The notes below the pieces were generated by a model. The model was not told where the DNA came from. It saw only the letters and a program-made list of their open reading frames with translations, and did not search any database. Of a stretch of 64,000 nucleotides of DNA, positions 13,289-25,699 are shown piece by piece (position 1 is the stretch's first letter; each line of letters starts with the position of its first letter). The translations under genes and the position numbers were made by a program. The stretch comes from Hemiscyllium ocellatum (Eukaryota), in contig NC_083417.1 of assembly GCF_020745735.1 (NCBI RefSeq), positions 24,118,001 to 24,182,000 on the forward strand, written 5' to 3'.

Positions 13289-13418
13289 TTGGAAAAAATG
13301 TTCTTGCACGGATCTGGGTAAGCCATTGTGCCAAATTCTGACACCACAATCCTATTAGCTTCTATGTTAGACTTGTAAGTGTCACTGCGAAGATACTTAC
13401 TTCTGTAGAACACCTCAC
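13289..13418 (-). CDS. BCO1: BCO1/BCO1-like exon 3
   Basis: AG/GT bounded, 130 nt; [43 protein letters not shown] (PDPCK motif). Confidence 0.95.
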
Positions 13419-13739
13419 CTAGATTTAAGAATACAGAAAATGCCAGTAAACATTGTGGCTAGTAGAAATCAATTTCCAATTACCCATTCCAATCGAGGAA
13501 GCTTGGAATCTGAACTTTGTGTTGATATTCACATTGTGTCTTGCAGCTTTATGCAACATGCTGCATTACCTTCAATAGCCACCAGTGGTCCTCCTTCCAA
13601 ATGCAAGTCCACCCAATTCAGGTTTGGAAATCATTGTCTCTAATTAATACAATAACATTAACTGCATTAAAAAAATGTGTTTTTAAATCGGTAACTGGAG
13701 ATAGTTTCAGTCTCTGATTCACTTTGAGGAAGCATTTTC

Positions 13740-14290
13740 CAATGAGGATTAGTTAGGTCCCATTTGGAATATTATATTCAATTCTGTTCTTGCTGCTATA
13801 GGAAAGATGTTGAGAAACTTTGAAGGGTGCAGAAAAGATTTACAAGAATGTTGATAGGGTTGGAGGGTTTAAAGTGTAGGGAGAGGTGAATAAGCTGGGG
13901 CTATGTTCCCTGGAGGTTTATTAAAATCATGACGGGCATGGATAGGATGATTAGCCAAGGGCTTTTCCCCAGAGTAGGGGAGTCCGAAACTAGAAGGTAT
14001 AGGTTTAAGGTGAGAGGGGAAGGTCTTAAAAGGGATCTAAGGAATTAAAAGGGGTCTGCCTTTTTGAGCAATGGGTGGGTGTGTGTATGGAATGAGCTGC
14101 CAGCAGAAGTGGAGGAGGCTGGTACAATTACAAATTTTTAAAGGCATCTGGATGGGTTTATGAATAGGAAGGGTTTAGAGGGATATGGGACAAATACTGG
14201 CAAATAGAACTGGATTAATTTAGGACATCTGGATGGCATGGATGAGTTTAACAGAAGGGTGTTTCTGTGCTGTACATCTCTATGAGTCAT
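13740..14290 (+). mobile_element. CR1 LINE 3' fragment
   Basis: Nucleotide similarity to the 3' end of the 19420-22563 element. Confidence 0.8.
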
Positions 14291-14467
14291 CTTTTGACAA
14301 GCATTTCAGTGGAATTTTTATTTTGATTCCAGTTTTAAAGTAGAACAACAGTCAAACAATGATTTTACACATCTCAGAATATTTACGGACAATTTCCCTT
14401 ATGTACATGGGATCTAGAACAGAAAACAGTCCACTACATTTGTTTGTAAAGGTAGGATAAGAATTTC

Positions 14468-14775
14468 TCCAGGGACCCGGGTTTGATTCCCACCTTGGGT
14501 GACTGTCTGTGTGGAGTTTGGACATTCTCCCCGTGTCTGCGTGGGTTTCCTCCGGGTGCTCTGATTTCCTCCCACATTCCAAAAGATGTGCAGGTCAGGT
14601 GAACTGGCCATGCTAAATTGGCCATAGTGTGAGTGCGTTCGTCAGGGGTAAATATAGGGTTGGGGAATGTGTCTGGGTGGGTTACTCTTCGGAGGGGCGG
14701 TGTGGACCTGTTGGGCCGAGAGGCCTGTTTCCATACTGTAGGGAATTGAATTGAATTGAATCTAGTCTAATCTAA
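14468..14775 (+). mobile_element. HE1/V-SINE-like SINE, 5'-truncated
   Basis: Same core and tail as 52212-52515. Confidence 0.82.
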
Positions 14776-14779
14776 TTGG

Positions 14780-15805
14780 CCCGAAGGTAGGAGACACAGA
14801 GTGGTGGTGGAGGGTTTCTTTTCAGGCTGGAGACGTGTAACCAGCGATGTGCTACAAGAATCAGTGCTGGGTCCACTGCTTTTTGTCATTTGTTCAAATG
14901 ATTTGAATGTGAACAAAGGAGGTATGGTTAGTCAGTTTGAAGATAACACCAAAATTGGAGGTGTAGTGAACAGCAAAAAGGTTACCTCAGAGTACAGCGG
15001 GATCTTAAACAGGTGGGCCAATGGGCTGGAGTAGCAGATTAAATTTAATTTCGATAAGTGTGAGATGCTGCATTTTGGAAAGGCAAGTCAGGGCAGGACT
15101 TATCCACTTAATGGCAAGTTACGGGGGTGTGTTGCTGAACAAAGAGACCTTCGAGTGAAGGTTCATAGTTCCTTGAAAGTGGAGTCGCAGATTGATAGAA
15201 TAGGGAAGGCGGCTTTTGGTATGTCCAAATCATTCCTTTATTGGTCAGTGTATTGTGTAAAGGAATAATGCATTCAATTTTGGTCTCCCTGCTATAGGAA
15301 GGATGTTGTGAAACTTGACAGGGTTCAGAAAAGGTTTACAAGGATTTGGCCAGGGTTGGTGAGTTTGAGCTAAAGAGACAGGCTGAATAGACTGGGGCTA
15401 TTATCCCTAGAGGGTTAGAGGCTGAAAGGTGACCTTGTAGAAATTCATAAAATCACGAGGGACACAAATACAGTGAATAGCCAAGGTCTTTTCCCCAGGG
15501 TAGCAGAGTCCAAAAACAGAGGGTATAGGTTTAAGGTGAGAGGCGAAAGATTTCCAAGGGACTTAAGGGGCAACCTTTTTCACACAGAGGTATGTGCGTA
15601 TATGGAATGAACTGCCAGAGGAAGTGGCGGAGGCTGGTACAATAACAACATTTAAAAGGCATCTGGATATATACGTGAACAGGATGGGTTTAGAGGGATA
15701 TGGAACAAATGCTGGCAAATGAGAATCAATTAATTTAGGATCTGGTCAGCATGCACAAGTTGGACTAAAGGATCTATTTCCATGTGTACATCTCTATGAC
15801 TCTAA
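14780..15805 (+). mobile_element. CR1 LINE 3' fragment
   Basis: ORFs 14801..15034 and 15065..15268 are RT remnants; same 3' tail. Confidence 0.88.
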
Positions 15806-16380
15806 ACAAAAATGCTCTATTCCAGAATGTCATTTAGTGAAGGTTAAATCTGTACACTGTTATATTTATTTATGTGGTTACAAATTGGACACAGAACCAC
15901 AACAACGAGCACCCGAGCTACAAATCTTCTCCCAAACTTTGAACGTTCACCTTTTAACACAAAAGTATGATTAGTCTGTGTGTACTTATACCTTTTTGGA
16001 TCCAGTTAGAGAATTGCTACGAACTAAAAGTTAGATGTATAATAGTTGGTTCTGAAAGAGGCACCACTGATACACTGCAACAAAACTGTAACCTTCCAGG
16101 AAATTTTGTCAATCAGATTAATTAATATTTCCAGGTTGATGATGCAGTTCAGTTTGCGTGGTGCTCACTCATCATGGAAAGCCTGTAGGATACTGGCACG
16201 TTCTCAGTTTCTCTCCAGGGCAACCTGGCGTAGATATTATCCTAAAAGATTCTTAGTTCAGTCACATCATCTCTCAACCACCCACTGCCTGGAGTTGTTG
16301 ATGAGCATCTAGACCATACCCAGTCACAATCCCACATGGAGATCTCCTAAACTGTCAATTCCATCCAAATTGTGCGGTGT

Positions 16381-16417
16381 GGGGGGGGTGGGGGGGGGGG
16401 GGGGGGGGGGGGGGGGG
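16381..16417. repeat. Poly-G tract
   Basis: 37-nt G run interrupted by one T. Confidence 0.9.
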
Positions 16418-17344
16418 CATGGTGAAGAGGGTGAAGAGGCAAAGCTCATGGGAGAGGGACTGAAGTATCTCCAGAATTGAGGAGTAGCCTCGTTAGCTAG
16501 TGGTAGAGGGGCAGCAACCTCACACATATTATGTAGGTTGATTAGGGGTCAGTTGGCTTAATTTGATGGACAGAGGGTTGGGAAGGTGGGATCTTCATGG
16601 TGACTGAGTTGGTACGCTATTGGTATCACTCTGTACTGCAAACCAACTGCATCATGAAGATCAGCCACCATGAAGATCCCATCCCCCCAACCCTCTGCCT
16701 GTGGCATGATGATCCTTAGATTAAGCTACTGCCGGGTATCTCTCTCTATTAAGAGACCAACCTTATGGTCCTCTGGGACAATGATCACTTTTGCCATGCA
16801 AGTGTGGAACACAGATTCTTCCAGGCTATAGATATTACAGTCCAGGAGAATGTGAACTGGCTTAACCATATATTACATCGGGATGCCGAGTTAATATCCT
16901 TTGCTCCCAATCCCTGGTGGGCACAGAGATGACTCTGACATAGACAGCTACTCGCCAGGGTCCCCCACTTCATCCAGATGGTAGAATGGAATGCCTTAGC
17001 AGATCAAATGGCTGATGTGGCCTGGAAAATTGAATTTGAACAAGAGCAGCTCATATAAGAAACCTCTCATGGCATGTCAAATTTTGTGGAGGGAATTTCT
17101 GAGAGGTGCCTCTGTCATTGATGTTAAATTCCATCCAAATGGAGGTCAGCAGAGAAGGAAGTATGCCACACACCTGAGCTACCTTGACATCTCAAACGCA
17201 GTAAAGCCAAACACTCTTTGTTTACAATTCTTATAGATATGGTTTCAGATTAGATACATGTCATGACAGTTCTGGCCTATCTTTATTTATGGGGTTGGGG
17301 GAATTGGAATGGATTCAAGTGAATGCCCAGTTAATGCCAAGCAT

Positions 17345-17765
17345 CTATTCCCTTTCTGAGGAAGGATACTCTTGCTCTCGAGGAAGTGCAGTGAAGGTTT
17401 ACCAGGCTGATTTGGGGGATGGTGGGACTGACTTATGAGGAGAGATTGACTAGGTTAGAACTGTTTTGCTGGAGTTCACACGAATGAGGAGGGATCTCAG
17501 AGACCTTTAAAACTCTAACAGGACTAGAGTGTAGATGCAGAGAGGATGTTTCCAATGATGGGTGTGTCCAGAACCAGGAGTCTAGGATTCAGGATAGATC
17601 ATGTAGAAGGAGATGAGGAGATACTTCTTCATCCAAAGAGTGGTGGGCCTGTGAAATTCATTACCACAGGAAGCAGTTGATGCCAAAACATTGAATGTAT
17701 TCAAGAGGTGGCTAGATATAGCACTCGGAGTGAATGGGATCAAAGGTTATGGGGAGAAAGCACAA
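17345..17765 (+). mobile_element. CR1 LINE 3' fragment
   Basis: Degenerate similarity to the CR1 ORF2 C-terminus. Confidence 0.7.
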
Positions 17766-18032
17766 TAAAGAACAACAATTCTGTATTTTCAATTCAACTG
17801 TAAGTTAAAAGTGCAGAATCCTTTCTTCCATCTGCTGCCAGCAGCTAAACACAAACTGTCAGACTATCTAAAGAAGCACACTTTTTCATCTAGAACTGCT
17901 CTTGCAATGTTACATTAAACAGTCACTGCTCTCATAGTGGCACAGCTGTTAGTTCTACTGCCTCACAGTACCAGTGACCCAGGTTCAATCCTAGCCTTGG
18001 GTGACTGTGGAATTTGCACATTCTCACTGTGG

Positions 18033-19100
18033 CAAACATGAGGACTGCAGATGCCGGAAATCAGAGTCTAGATTAGAGTGGTGCTGGAAAAGCACAGCAG
18101 GTCAGGCAGCATCCGAGGAGCAGGAGAATCGATGTTTTGGGCAAAAACCCTTCATCAGGAATGAAGGCAGGGAGTCTTCAGTATGGAGAGATAAACGTGA
18201 GGCGGGTGGGGCTGGGGAGAAGGTACCAAAGAGTACAACAGGTGGGTGAGGCTGGGGATGAAGGTGATAGGTCAGAGGGGAAGGTGGAGTGGATAGGTGG
18301 GAAGGAACATTGGCAAGTAGGGCAGGTCATGAGGATGGTGCTGAGTGGAAGGTTGGAACTGGGGTAAGGTGATGGGAGGGGAAATGAGGAAACTGGTGAA
18401 GTACACGTTGATGCCCTGGGGTTGAAGTGTTCCGAGGTGGAAGATGAGGCGTTCTTCCTCCAGGCGGCGGGTGGTGAGGGAGTGGCAGTGGAGGAGGCCC
18501 AGGACCTGCATGTCCTCAGCAGACTGGAAGGGGGAGTTGAAATCTTGGGCCATGGGGCGGTGGGGTTGATTGGTGTGGATGCCCCAGAGATATTCCCTAA
18601 AGCATTTTGCGAGAAGGCGTCCAGTTTCCCCAATGTAGAGGAGACTGCATCGGAAGCAACGGATACAATAAATGATATTGGTGGATGTGCAGGTAAAACT
18701 GATGGATGTGGAAGACTCCTTTGGGGCCTTGGGTGGAGGTCAAGGAGGAGGTGTGGGCGCAGGTTTTGCAATTTCTGCAGTGTCGGGGGAAGGTGCCAGG
18801 AGGGGAGGGTGGGTTGTTGGGTGGTGTGGACCTGACCAGGTAGTCACGGAGGGAACAGTCTTTGAGGAAAGTGGAAAGGGACAGGGAGGGAAATATATAT
18901 CTGGTGGTGGGGTCCGTTTGAAGGTGGCGGAAATGTTGGCGGATGATGCGGTTTATGCGAAGGTTGGTAAGGTGGAAAGTGAGGACTGGGAGGGTTCTAT
19001 CCTTGTTACGGTTGGAGGGACGGGGTTTGAGGGCGGAGGGACAGGATGTGGATGAGAAGCGCTGGAGGGCATCTTCAACTACGTGGAAGGGGAAAGACCG
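18033..19100 (-). mobile_element. Penelope-like element fragment inserted into a tRNA-derived SINE
   Basis: ORFs 18272..18553 and 18597..19103 match the same PLE family; SINE head at ~17935-18030 and SINE tail at ~19120-19210. Confidence 0.85.
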
Positions 19101-19419
19101 CAATTACTCAGCACCCTGGGTTAATGGGGGTGTGGGATGCTCTTCAGAGGATCAGTGCAGACTCAATGGGCCAAATAACTTCTTTCTGCACTGTGGAGAT
19201 TCTATGATCTCACAACCACAGTACATTCTACACAGGAGCAAAATCCCACTTTAAATATCTCTGGACCACCAAATGAAACCTGTACTGAATGTCTCTCCAG
19301 GCTGTCTTTCCTCCAAGGTTACTGTACACACTAAAAGGAGAAAAGAAGTTTCATGACGAGGTATACGAGGAAAAGGGACTAATTTCTATGAAACTGCACT
19401 CGCTTGATCAGATGTTTAA

Positions 19420-22400
19420 CAGAGAAGGATTCACATTTTTGGATCATTAGAATCTCTTTTGGGGTAGAAGTGACCTGTACAAGAAGGACGGATTGCACCT
19501 AAATTGGAAGGGGACTAATATACTGGCAGGGAAATTTGCTAGAACTGCTTAGGAGGATTTAAACTAGTAAGGTGGGGGGGGGGGGGGGGGCGTGGAACCC
19601 AGGGAGATAGTGAAGAAAGAGATCGATCTAAGACGGATACAGCTGAGAACAAAAGTGAGTCAAACAGTCAGGGCAAGCAGGGAGAAGGTAGGACTAATAA
19701 ATTAAACTGCATTTATTTCAATGCAAGTGGCCTAACAGGGAAGGCAGATGAGCTCAGGGCATGGTTAGGAACATGGGACTGGGATATCATAGCAATTACG
19801 GAAACGTGGCTCAGGGATGGGCAGGACTGGCAGCTGAATGTTTCAGGATACAAATGTTACAGGAAGAATAGAAAGGGAGGCAAAAGAGGAGGGGGAGTGC
19901 CTTTTTTGATAAGGGATAGCGTTACAGCTGTGCTAAGGGAGGATTTTCCCGGAAATACAACCAGGGAGGTTATATGGGTGGAACTGAGAAATAAGAAAGG
20001 GATGATCACCTTATTGAGATTGTATTATAGACCCCCCAATAGCCAGAGGGAAATTGAGAAACAAACTTGTAAGGAGATATCAGCTATCTGTAAGAATAAT
20101 AGGGTGGTTATGGTAGGGGATTTTAACTTTCCAAACATAAACTGGCACTGCCACAGTGTTAAAGGTTTAGATGGAGAGGAATTTCTTAAGTGTGTACAAG
20201 ACAATTTTCTGATTCAGTATGTGAATGTACCTAGAGAAGGTGCAAAACTTGACCTACTCTTGGGAAATAAGGCAGGGCAGATGACTGCGGTGTCAGTGAG
20301 GGAGCACTTTGGGGCCACTGACCATAATTCTATTAGTTTTAAAATAGTGATGGGAAAGGATAGACCACATCTAAAAGTTGAAGTTCTAAATTGGAGAAAG
20401 GCCAATTTTGATGGTATTAGGCAAGAACTTTCAAAAGCTGATTGGAGGCAGATGTTCACGGGTAAAGGGACGGCTGGAAAATGGGAAGCCTTCAGAAATG
20501 AGATAACAAGAATCCAGAGAAAGTATATTCCTGTCAGGGTGAAAGGGAAGGCTGGTAACTATAGGGAATGCTGGATGACTAAAGAAATTGAGGGTTTGGT
20601 TCAGAAAAAGAAGAAAGCATATGTCAGGTACAGACAGGATAGATCGAGTGAATCCTTAGAAGAATATAAAGAAAGTAGGAGTATACTTAAGAGGGGAATC
20701 AGAAGGGCAAAATGGGGACATGAGATAGCTTTAGCAAATAGAATTAAGGAGAATCCAAAGGGGTTTTACAAATATATTAAGGACAAAAGGGTAACTAGGG
20801 AGAGAATAGGGCCCCTCAAAGATCAGCAAGGCGCCCTTTATGTAGAGCCAGAGAAAATGGGGGAGATACTAAATGAATATTTTGCAACAGTATTTACTGT
20901 GGAAAAGGATATGAAAGATATAGACTGCAGGGAAATAGATGGTGACATCTTGCAAAATGCCCAGATTACAGAGGAGGAACTGCTGGATGTCTTGAAATGG
21001 TTAAAGGTGGATAAATCCCCAGGACCTGATCAGGAGTATCCGAGGACTCTGTGGGAAGCTAGAGAAGTGATTGCTGGGCCTCTTGCTGAGATATTTGTAT
21101 CATCGATAGTCACAGGTGAGGTGCCGGAAGACTGGAGGTTGGCAAACGTGGTTCCACTGTTTAAGAAGGGTGATAAGGACTAGCCAGGGAACTATAGACC
21201 AGTGAGCCTGACCTTGGTGGTGGGCAAGTTGTTGGAGGGAATCCTGAGGGACAGGATGTACATGTATTTGGAAAGGCAAGGACTGATTCGGGATAGTCAA
21301 CATGGCTTTGTGCATGGGAAATCATGTCTCACAAACTTGATTCAGTTTTCTGATGAAGTAACAAAGAAGATTGATGAGGGCAGAGCAGTAGATGTGATCT
21401 ATATGGACTTCAATAAGGGGCTCGACAAGGTTCCCCACGGGAGACTGATTAGTAAGGTTAGATCATGGAATACAGGGAGAACTAGCCATTTGGATGCAGA
21501 ACTGGATCAAAGGTAGAAGACAGAGGGTGGTGGTGGACGGTTGTTTTTCAGATTGGAGGCCTGTGACCAGTGGAGTGCCACAAGGATCGGTGCTGGGCCC
21601 TCTACTTTTTGTCATTTACATAAATGATTTGGATGCGAGCACAAGAGGTACAGTTAGTAACTTTGCAGATGACACCAAAATTGGAGGTGTAGTGGACAGT
21701 GAAGAGGGTTACCTCAGATTACAACAGGATCTTGACCAGATGGGCCAATGGGCTGAGAAGTGGCAGATGGAGATTAATTCAGATAAATGCGAGGTGCTGC
21801 ATTTTGGGAAAGCAAATCTTAGCAGGACTTATACACTTAATGGCAAGGTCCTAGAGAGTGTCGCTGAACAAAGAGACCTTGGAAAACAGGTTCATAGCTC
21901 CTTGAAAGTGGAGTCGCAGATAGATAGAATAGTGAAGGTGGCATTTGGTATGCTTTCCTTTATTGGTCAGAGTATTGAGTACAGGAGTTGGCATGTCATG
22001 TTGCGGCTGTACAGGACATTGGTTAGGCCACTGTTGGAATATTGCGTGCAATTCTGGTCTCCTTCCTATCGGAAAGATGTTGTGAAACTTGAAAGGGCTC
22101 AGAAAAGATTTACAAGGATGTTGCCAGGGAGAGGCTGAACAGGCTGAGGCTGTTTTCCCTGGAGCGTCGGAGGCTGAGGGGTGACCTTATAGAGATTTAC
22201 AAAATTATGAGGGGCATGGATAGGATAAATAAGCAGAGTATTTTCCCTGGGTTTGGGGCATCCAAAACTAGACGGCATAGGTTTAGGGTGAGAGGGGAAA
22301 GATATAAAAGAGACCTAAGGGGCAACTTTTTCACGCAGAGGGTGATACGTGTATGGAATGAGCTACCAGAGGATGTGGTGGAGGCTGGTGCAATTGCAAC

Positions 22401-22563
22401 ATTTAAAAGGCACTTGGATGGGTATATGAATAGGAAGGGTTTGGAGGGATATGTGCTGGTGCTGGCAGGTGGGACTAGATTGGGTTGGGATATCTGGTCG
22501 ACATGGACGGGTTGGACCAAAGGGTCTGTTTTCATGCTGTACATCTCTATGACTCTATGACTA
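19420..22563 (+). mobile_element. CR1-clade LINE (HER1-like): end of ORF1 plus near-complete but disrupted ORF2
   Basis: SGNH-esterase-type ORF1 tail (LYKKDGLHLN); APE endonuclease (IAITETWL, GDFN, DHN); RT ([18 protein letters not shown]) split over ORFs 19897..21183, 21202..21516 and 21494..22138; (GACTCTAT)n 3' tail. Confidence 0.93.
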
Positions 22564-22957
22564 AATGAGTATAATATGTATAGAGTGGTATTCTATGACA
22601 AAACAACTTCACATTAAGCTGTTAATTGAACTGCCATGAACTTTGTCTTAGTTTTACTGATTTTTCATTATTATGTATGACTTCTATCATTGATGTAGGC
22701 GTTGTGCTGGGTGACTTATAAAACTTTTTGTTCTATTTTTCATTCAAAAGTACATGTGACAATAAATTTCTATTCTATTCACTGTGTCTGACAGCCCAGT
22801 TGCAAAATCTGTAGGAACAGTTTTACATGCAGATTATATGCTTGATGGAAAATGCACAGTATATCAAGTCAAGGCAAAGGGAATGTCATAATGACAGTCT
22901 TGATAAGTATTATTTCCACATCTGGAAAAAGATGAAAAACATTCTACAGTAACTTAC

Positions 22958-23086
22958 CATTTTCAAAAGTGAAACTATGCAACAAAGACAACCCATCAAA
23001 CCAATGATTATAGACAGTATCGCCAATTTTGTGCATGCCTGGTCCATTTCGAATGAGTGTCCCCTGCAGCCATTGTGGAATTTGGC
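22958..23086 (-). CDS. BCO1: BCO1/BCO1-like exon 2
   Basis: AG/GT bounded, 129 nt; GQIPQWLQGTLIRNGPGMHKIGDTVYNHWFDGLSLLHSFTFENG with the carotenoid-oxygenase RNGPG and HWFDG motifs. Confidence 0.93.
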
Positions 23087-23307
23087 CTATTCAAATGTAA
23101 AATAATCCTGAGTTAAAATCCACCTTATTCTGTGAACGTCAATGCCATGCGCACGTGAAACAGCAAAGGACTTGCAGAATCTGTAACACTTTAGCAAGTG
23201 GATCTGAATGTGGCAAGATACCGGTGGAAGTAAAATTCTTTCCAAAGTTCCAAGAACTTTAAATCTCACACATTCGTTTGTTTGTCCAAGATACGACCAT
23301 AGAAGCC

Positions 23308-23620
23308 CCACACTGAGGAAACAGGCCATTCAGCCCCTCATGTGAACATCGACCCTCTGAAAGCATCCCACCCAAAACACCTCCCAACCATATCCCTGTA
23401 ACCCTGCTAATCCACCGCGCTTACACATCCCTGAGCACTGTGGGCAGTTTAGCACGGCTAATCCACCTAACCTGCAAATCTTTGGACTATGGGAAGAAAC
23501 TGGAGCATATCGAGGAAAGTCTACACAGACACAGGAAGAATGTGCAAATTCCACACCCGAGTCTGGAATCGAACTTGGGTCCCTGGCGCCATGCTAACCA
23601 CTGAGCCACTATGTCGCCAC
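23308..23620 (-). mobile_element. HE1/V-SINE-like SINE
   Basis: Degenerate reverse-complement copy. Confidence 0.75.
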
Positions 23621-24214
23621 TAAGGCAAAAAGGACAAAATTCGTGCATATTTTCATAATAAGATTGCACAGAATCTTTGCGTCAGTACCCGAATAATTGT
23701 GTTTTCAGGATGAATCTACAGGCTTATTTTTTTTTTAAAAATGCGTATTGACAGGGAACTGAGACCAACTTCTTCAATGTGCATGTTAATCATGCAGTTT
23801 CACCCAGCAATTTCCGTTTGTGCTGGGTGAATTAGACCCAAGTGAGGAAAAGCGCAATTCCCTCTTCTAGCTGCGGTCGGCCCCTGGTGCGGGATCCTGC
23901 CCGTACAGCTTGCAGCCCTCAGCACTACCGGAGCTCGGCAGGTTCACAGAGAGGCGGCTCCCACTGCCCAGTTTTGCAAATGACTTTCCAGAAAGCTGCA
24001 GGTTCCGCTGCTTCGACAAGCGAACACTAGGACAAATATTTCACCACCTGATCAAACACTTTCTCAGACTGGCAAATTGATAGAGAAGACGGTATCATTG
24101 CCGCTGCCTGATTTGTTGTTTTCTTAAAGACGCCGAGGTTTTGGATACGTAGGCGTAGTTAACACTAAACTGAGTCGCAGACCGGTTACACAGTAATAAA
24201 CTATACTTTCTCAC

Positions 24215-24278
24215 CTTGAATTTCTGCTTTGACTGGCTCTGGATATTCCCTTTTATTTCCTCTGAACAGTGATTGCAT
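24215..24278 (-). CDS. BCO1: Beta-carotene 15,15'-oxygenase (BCO1/BCO1-like), coding exon 1
   Basis: ACC-ATG start; MQSLFRGNKREYPEPVKAEIQ(G) resembles the BCO1 N-terminus (MDIIFGRNRKEQLEPVRAKVTG); 64 nt, phase-1 GTGAG donor. Confidence 0.88.
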
Positions 24279-24405
24279 GGTCACAGCAGCACAGGCAGCT
24301 AACCATGCCCGTCCAACGCCTGCCCTTGACTAATCTATTCTCCGCCTGTCTCTGTTCCTTTCTGTACAGCTGGCCAAACCGGGAGAGGGTTCCGCTTTCG
24401 CTCAC

Positions 24406-24419
24406 TGACCTGCTGACCT
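24406..24419 (-). promoter_or_regulatory. Perfect DR2 nuclear-receptor element (AGGTCA-gc-AGGTCA), candidate RARE in the BCO1 promoter
   Basis: Plus strand reads TGACCTgcTGACCT, about 130 bp upstream of the BCO1 ATG. Confidence 0.55.
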
Positions 24420-24659
24420 CATCTAAAGGAAAAGTCAAAGTCAAAACATACGTCATTGCACAGTGTTGCTGTGTTGCAACAACACAGAAAGTTGTTGCTT
24501 TCTGCCCCCAGATTATTGTTCAAGTAGGATCGGTCTTTTTTTTCTGCCACATTTTTTGTTTAAGCCTTATTTCGAAGAGGTGATCCTGTACATGCATTTG
24601 TTGTAAGTGACTGTCCGGGGTTGTAACAATCTTGCAATGTGCGTCAGAATGATTGGCTG

Positions 24660-24900
24660 GAGGGGGTGGGTAGGTGGCTAGCACTGCTACTTCACAGTGC
24701 GAGGTGCGTGTGTGCGTCTGGAGTTTGGACATTCTCTCTGCGTTTGAGTGGGTTCCCTTCTTGAGTGCTCCAGTTTCTTCCCACAATCTAAAGATGTGGG
24801 AATTGGTGGATCGGTCATGGGAAATGCTGGCTCTAAGGGATTGGCGCAGTATGGATTTATTTGGCCGAACGGTCTTCTTCCTCATCGTAGGGATTCTATG
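24660..24900 (+). mobile_element. Degenerate HE1/V-SINE-like SINE
   Basis: tagcactgctacttcacag head and tggagtttggacattctc core. Confidence 0.6.
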
Positions 24901-25699
24901 GGTTAGAAGGCCTTGTGGAGGTACTACAGGGACCTTCTGTCTTCTCCACATTACCAAAAGTGTCACATGTTCAATTTCCCTCCCAGTGTTTTTGTATAAA
25001 ACTGGCTCTAAATGTTAACGGAAATATGTTGCAATCGCTTGCTGATGGGCACATTGCTGCCTAAACTTATCTCAGTGACTGAAAGAGATAGAATTATTCT
25101 GTTTCTGATTGTTGGTGTGCCATTGCTTATTGCAAAAAATCAGAAGAGCTCACCAGTTTCTCTGGTGCACTGGCGCTTATGACCCTCAGCAGTGACTGAT
25201 CAGAACCGTCCACCAATTGAAACCTAAAGCAATGAAGATTGATACATGTCAAACCCTTGCTTTATGTATTACAAAGGATAGCACTTTGAACTGTCCACCA
25301 CAACAACATTACTATTGTGATGTTACTGGTTGACTTAACCAGTGACTCGGATTACAGAACTGAAAATACCAGTTGCTGGCGTGTTAAAATCCAGTGATTC
25401 TTTTCTCTAGTCTTTGTTTTTCCAAGGCTTGTGCCATGGCTTGGAGAGGAAGGGTGATTCCTATTATGGTTCTGGGAGGGAGAAGTAGTGATGAGAGCAG
25501 ATATTTGGAAAATGAATGGATTGAACTAAAAGGCCTGTTTCCCAGACAGAAATTTAAGGATAAAGGAAGGCATGTCAGAATTATTGTGAAAGAAAGTATT
25601 GTTGGAACAGATGCAACAGAAGAGCAAAAAATGGAATAGGGTCCTTCAATCCTCTCTGAGTTATATGGTGCCAGAGGACTTGTAAACAGCTAGTTTTGT

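Noticed and set aside
19897-22138. Longest ORFs in the window (428 aa, 214 aa) as host genes
   Set aside because: They are CR1 ORF2 fragments broken by a stop at 21181-21183 and by frameshifts.
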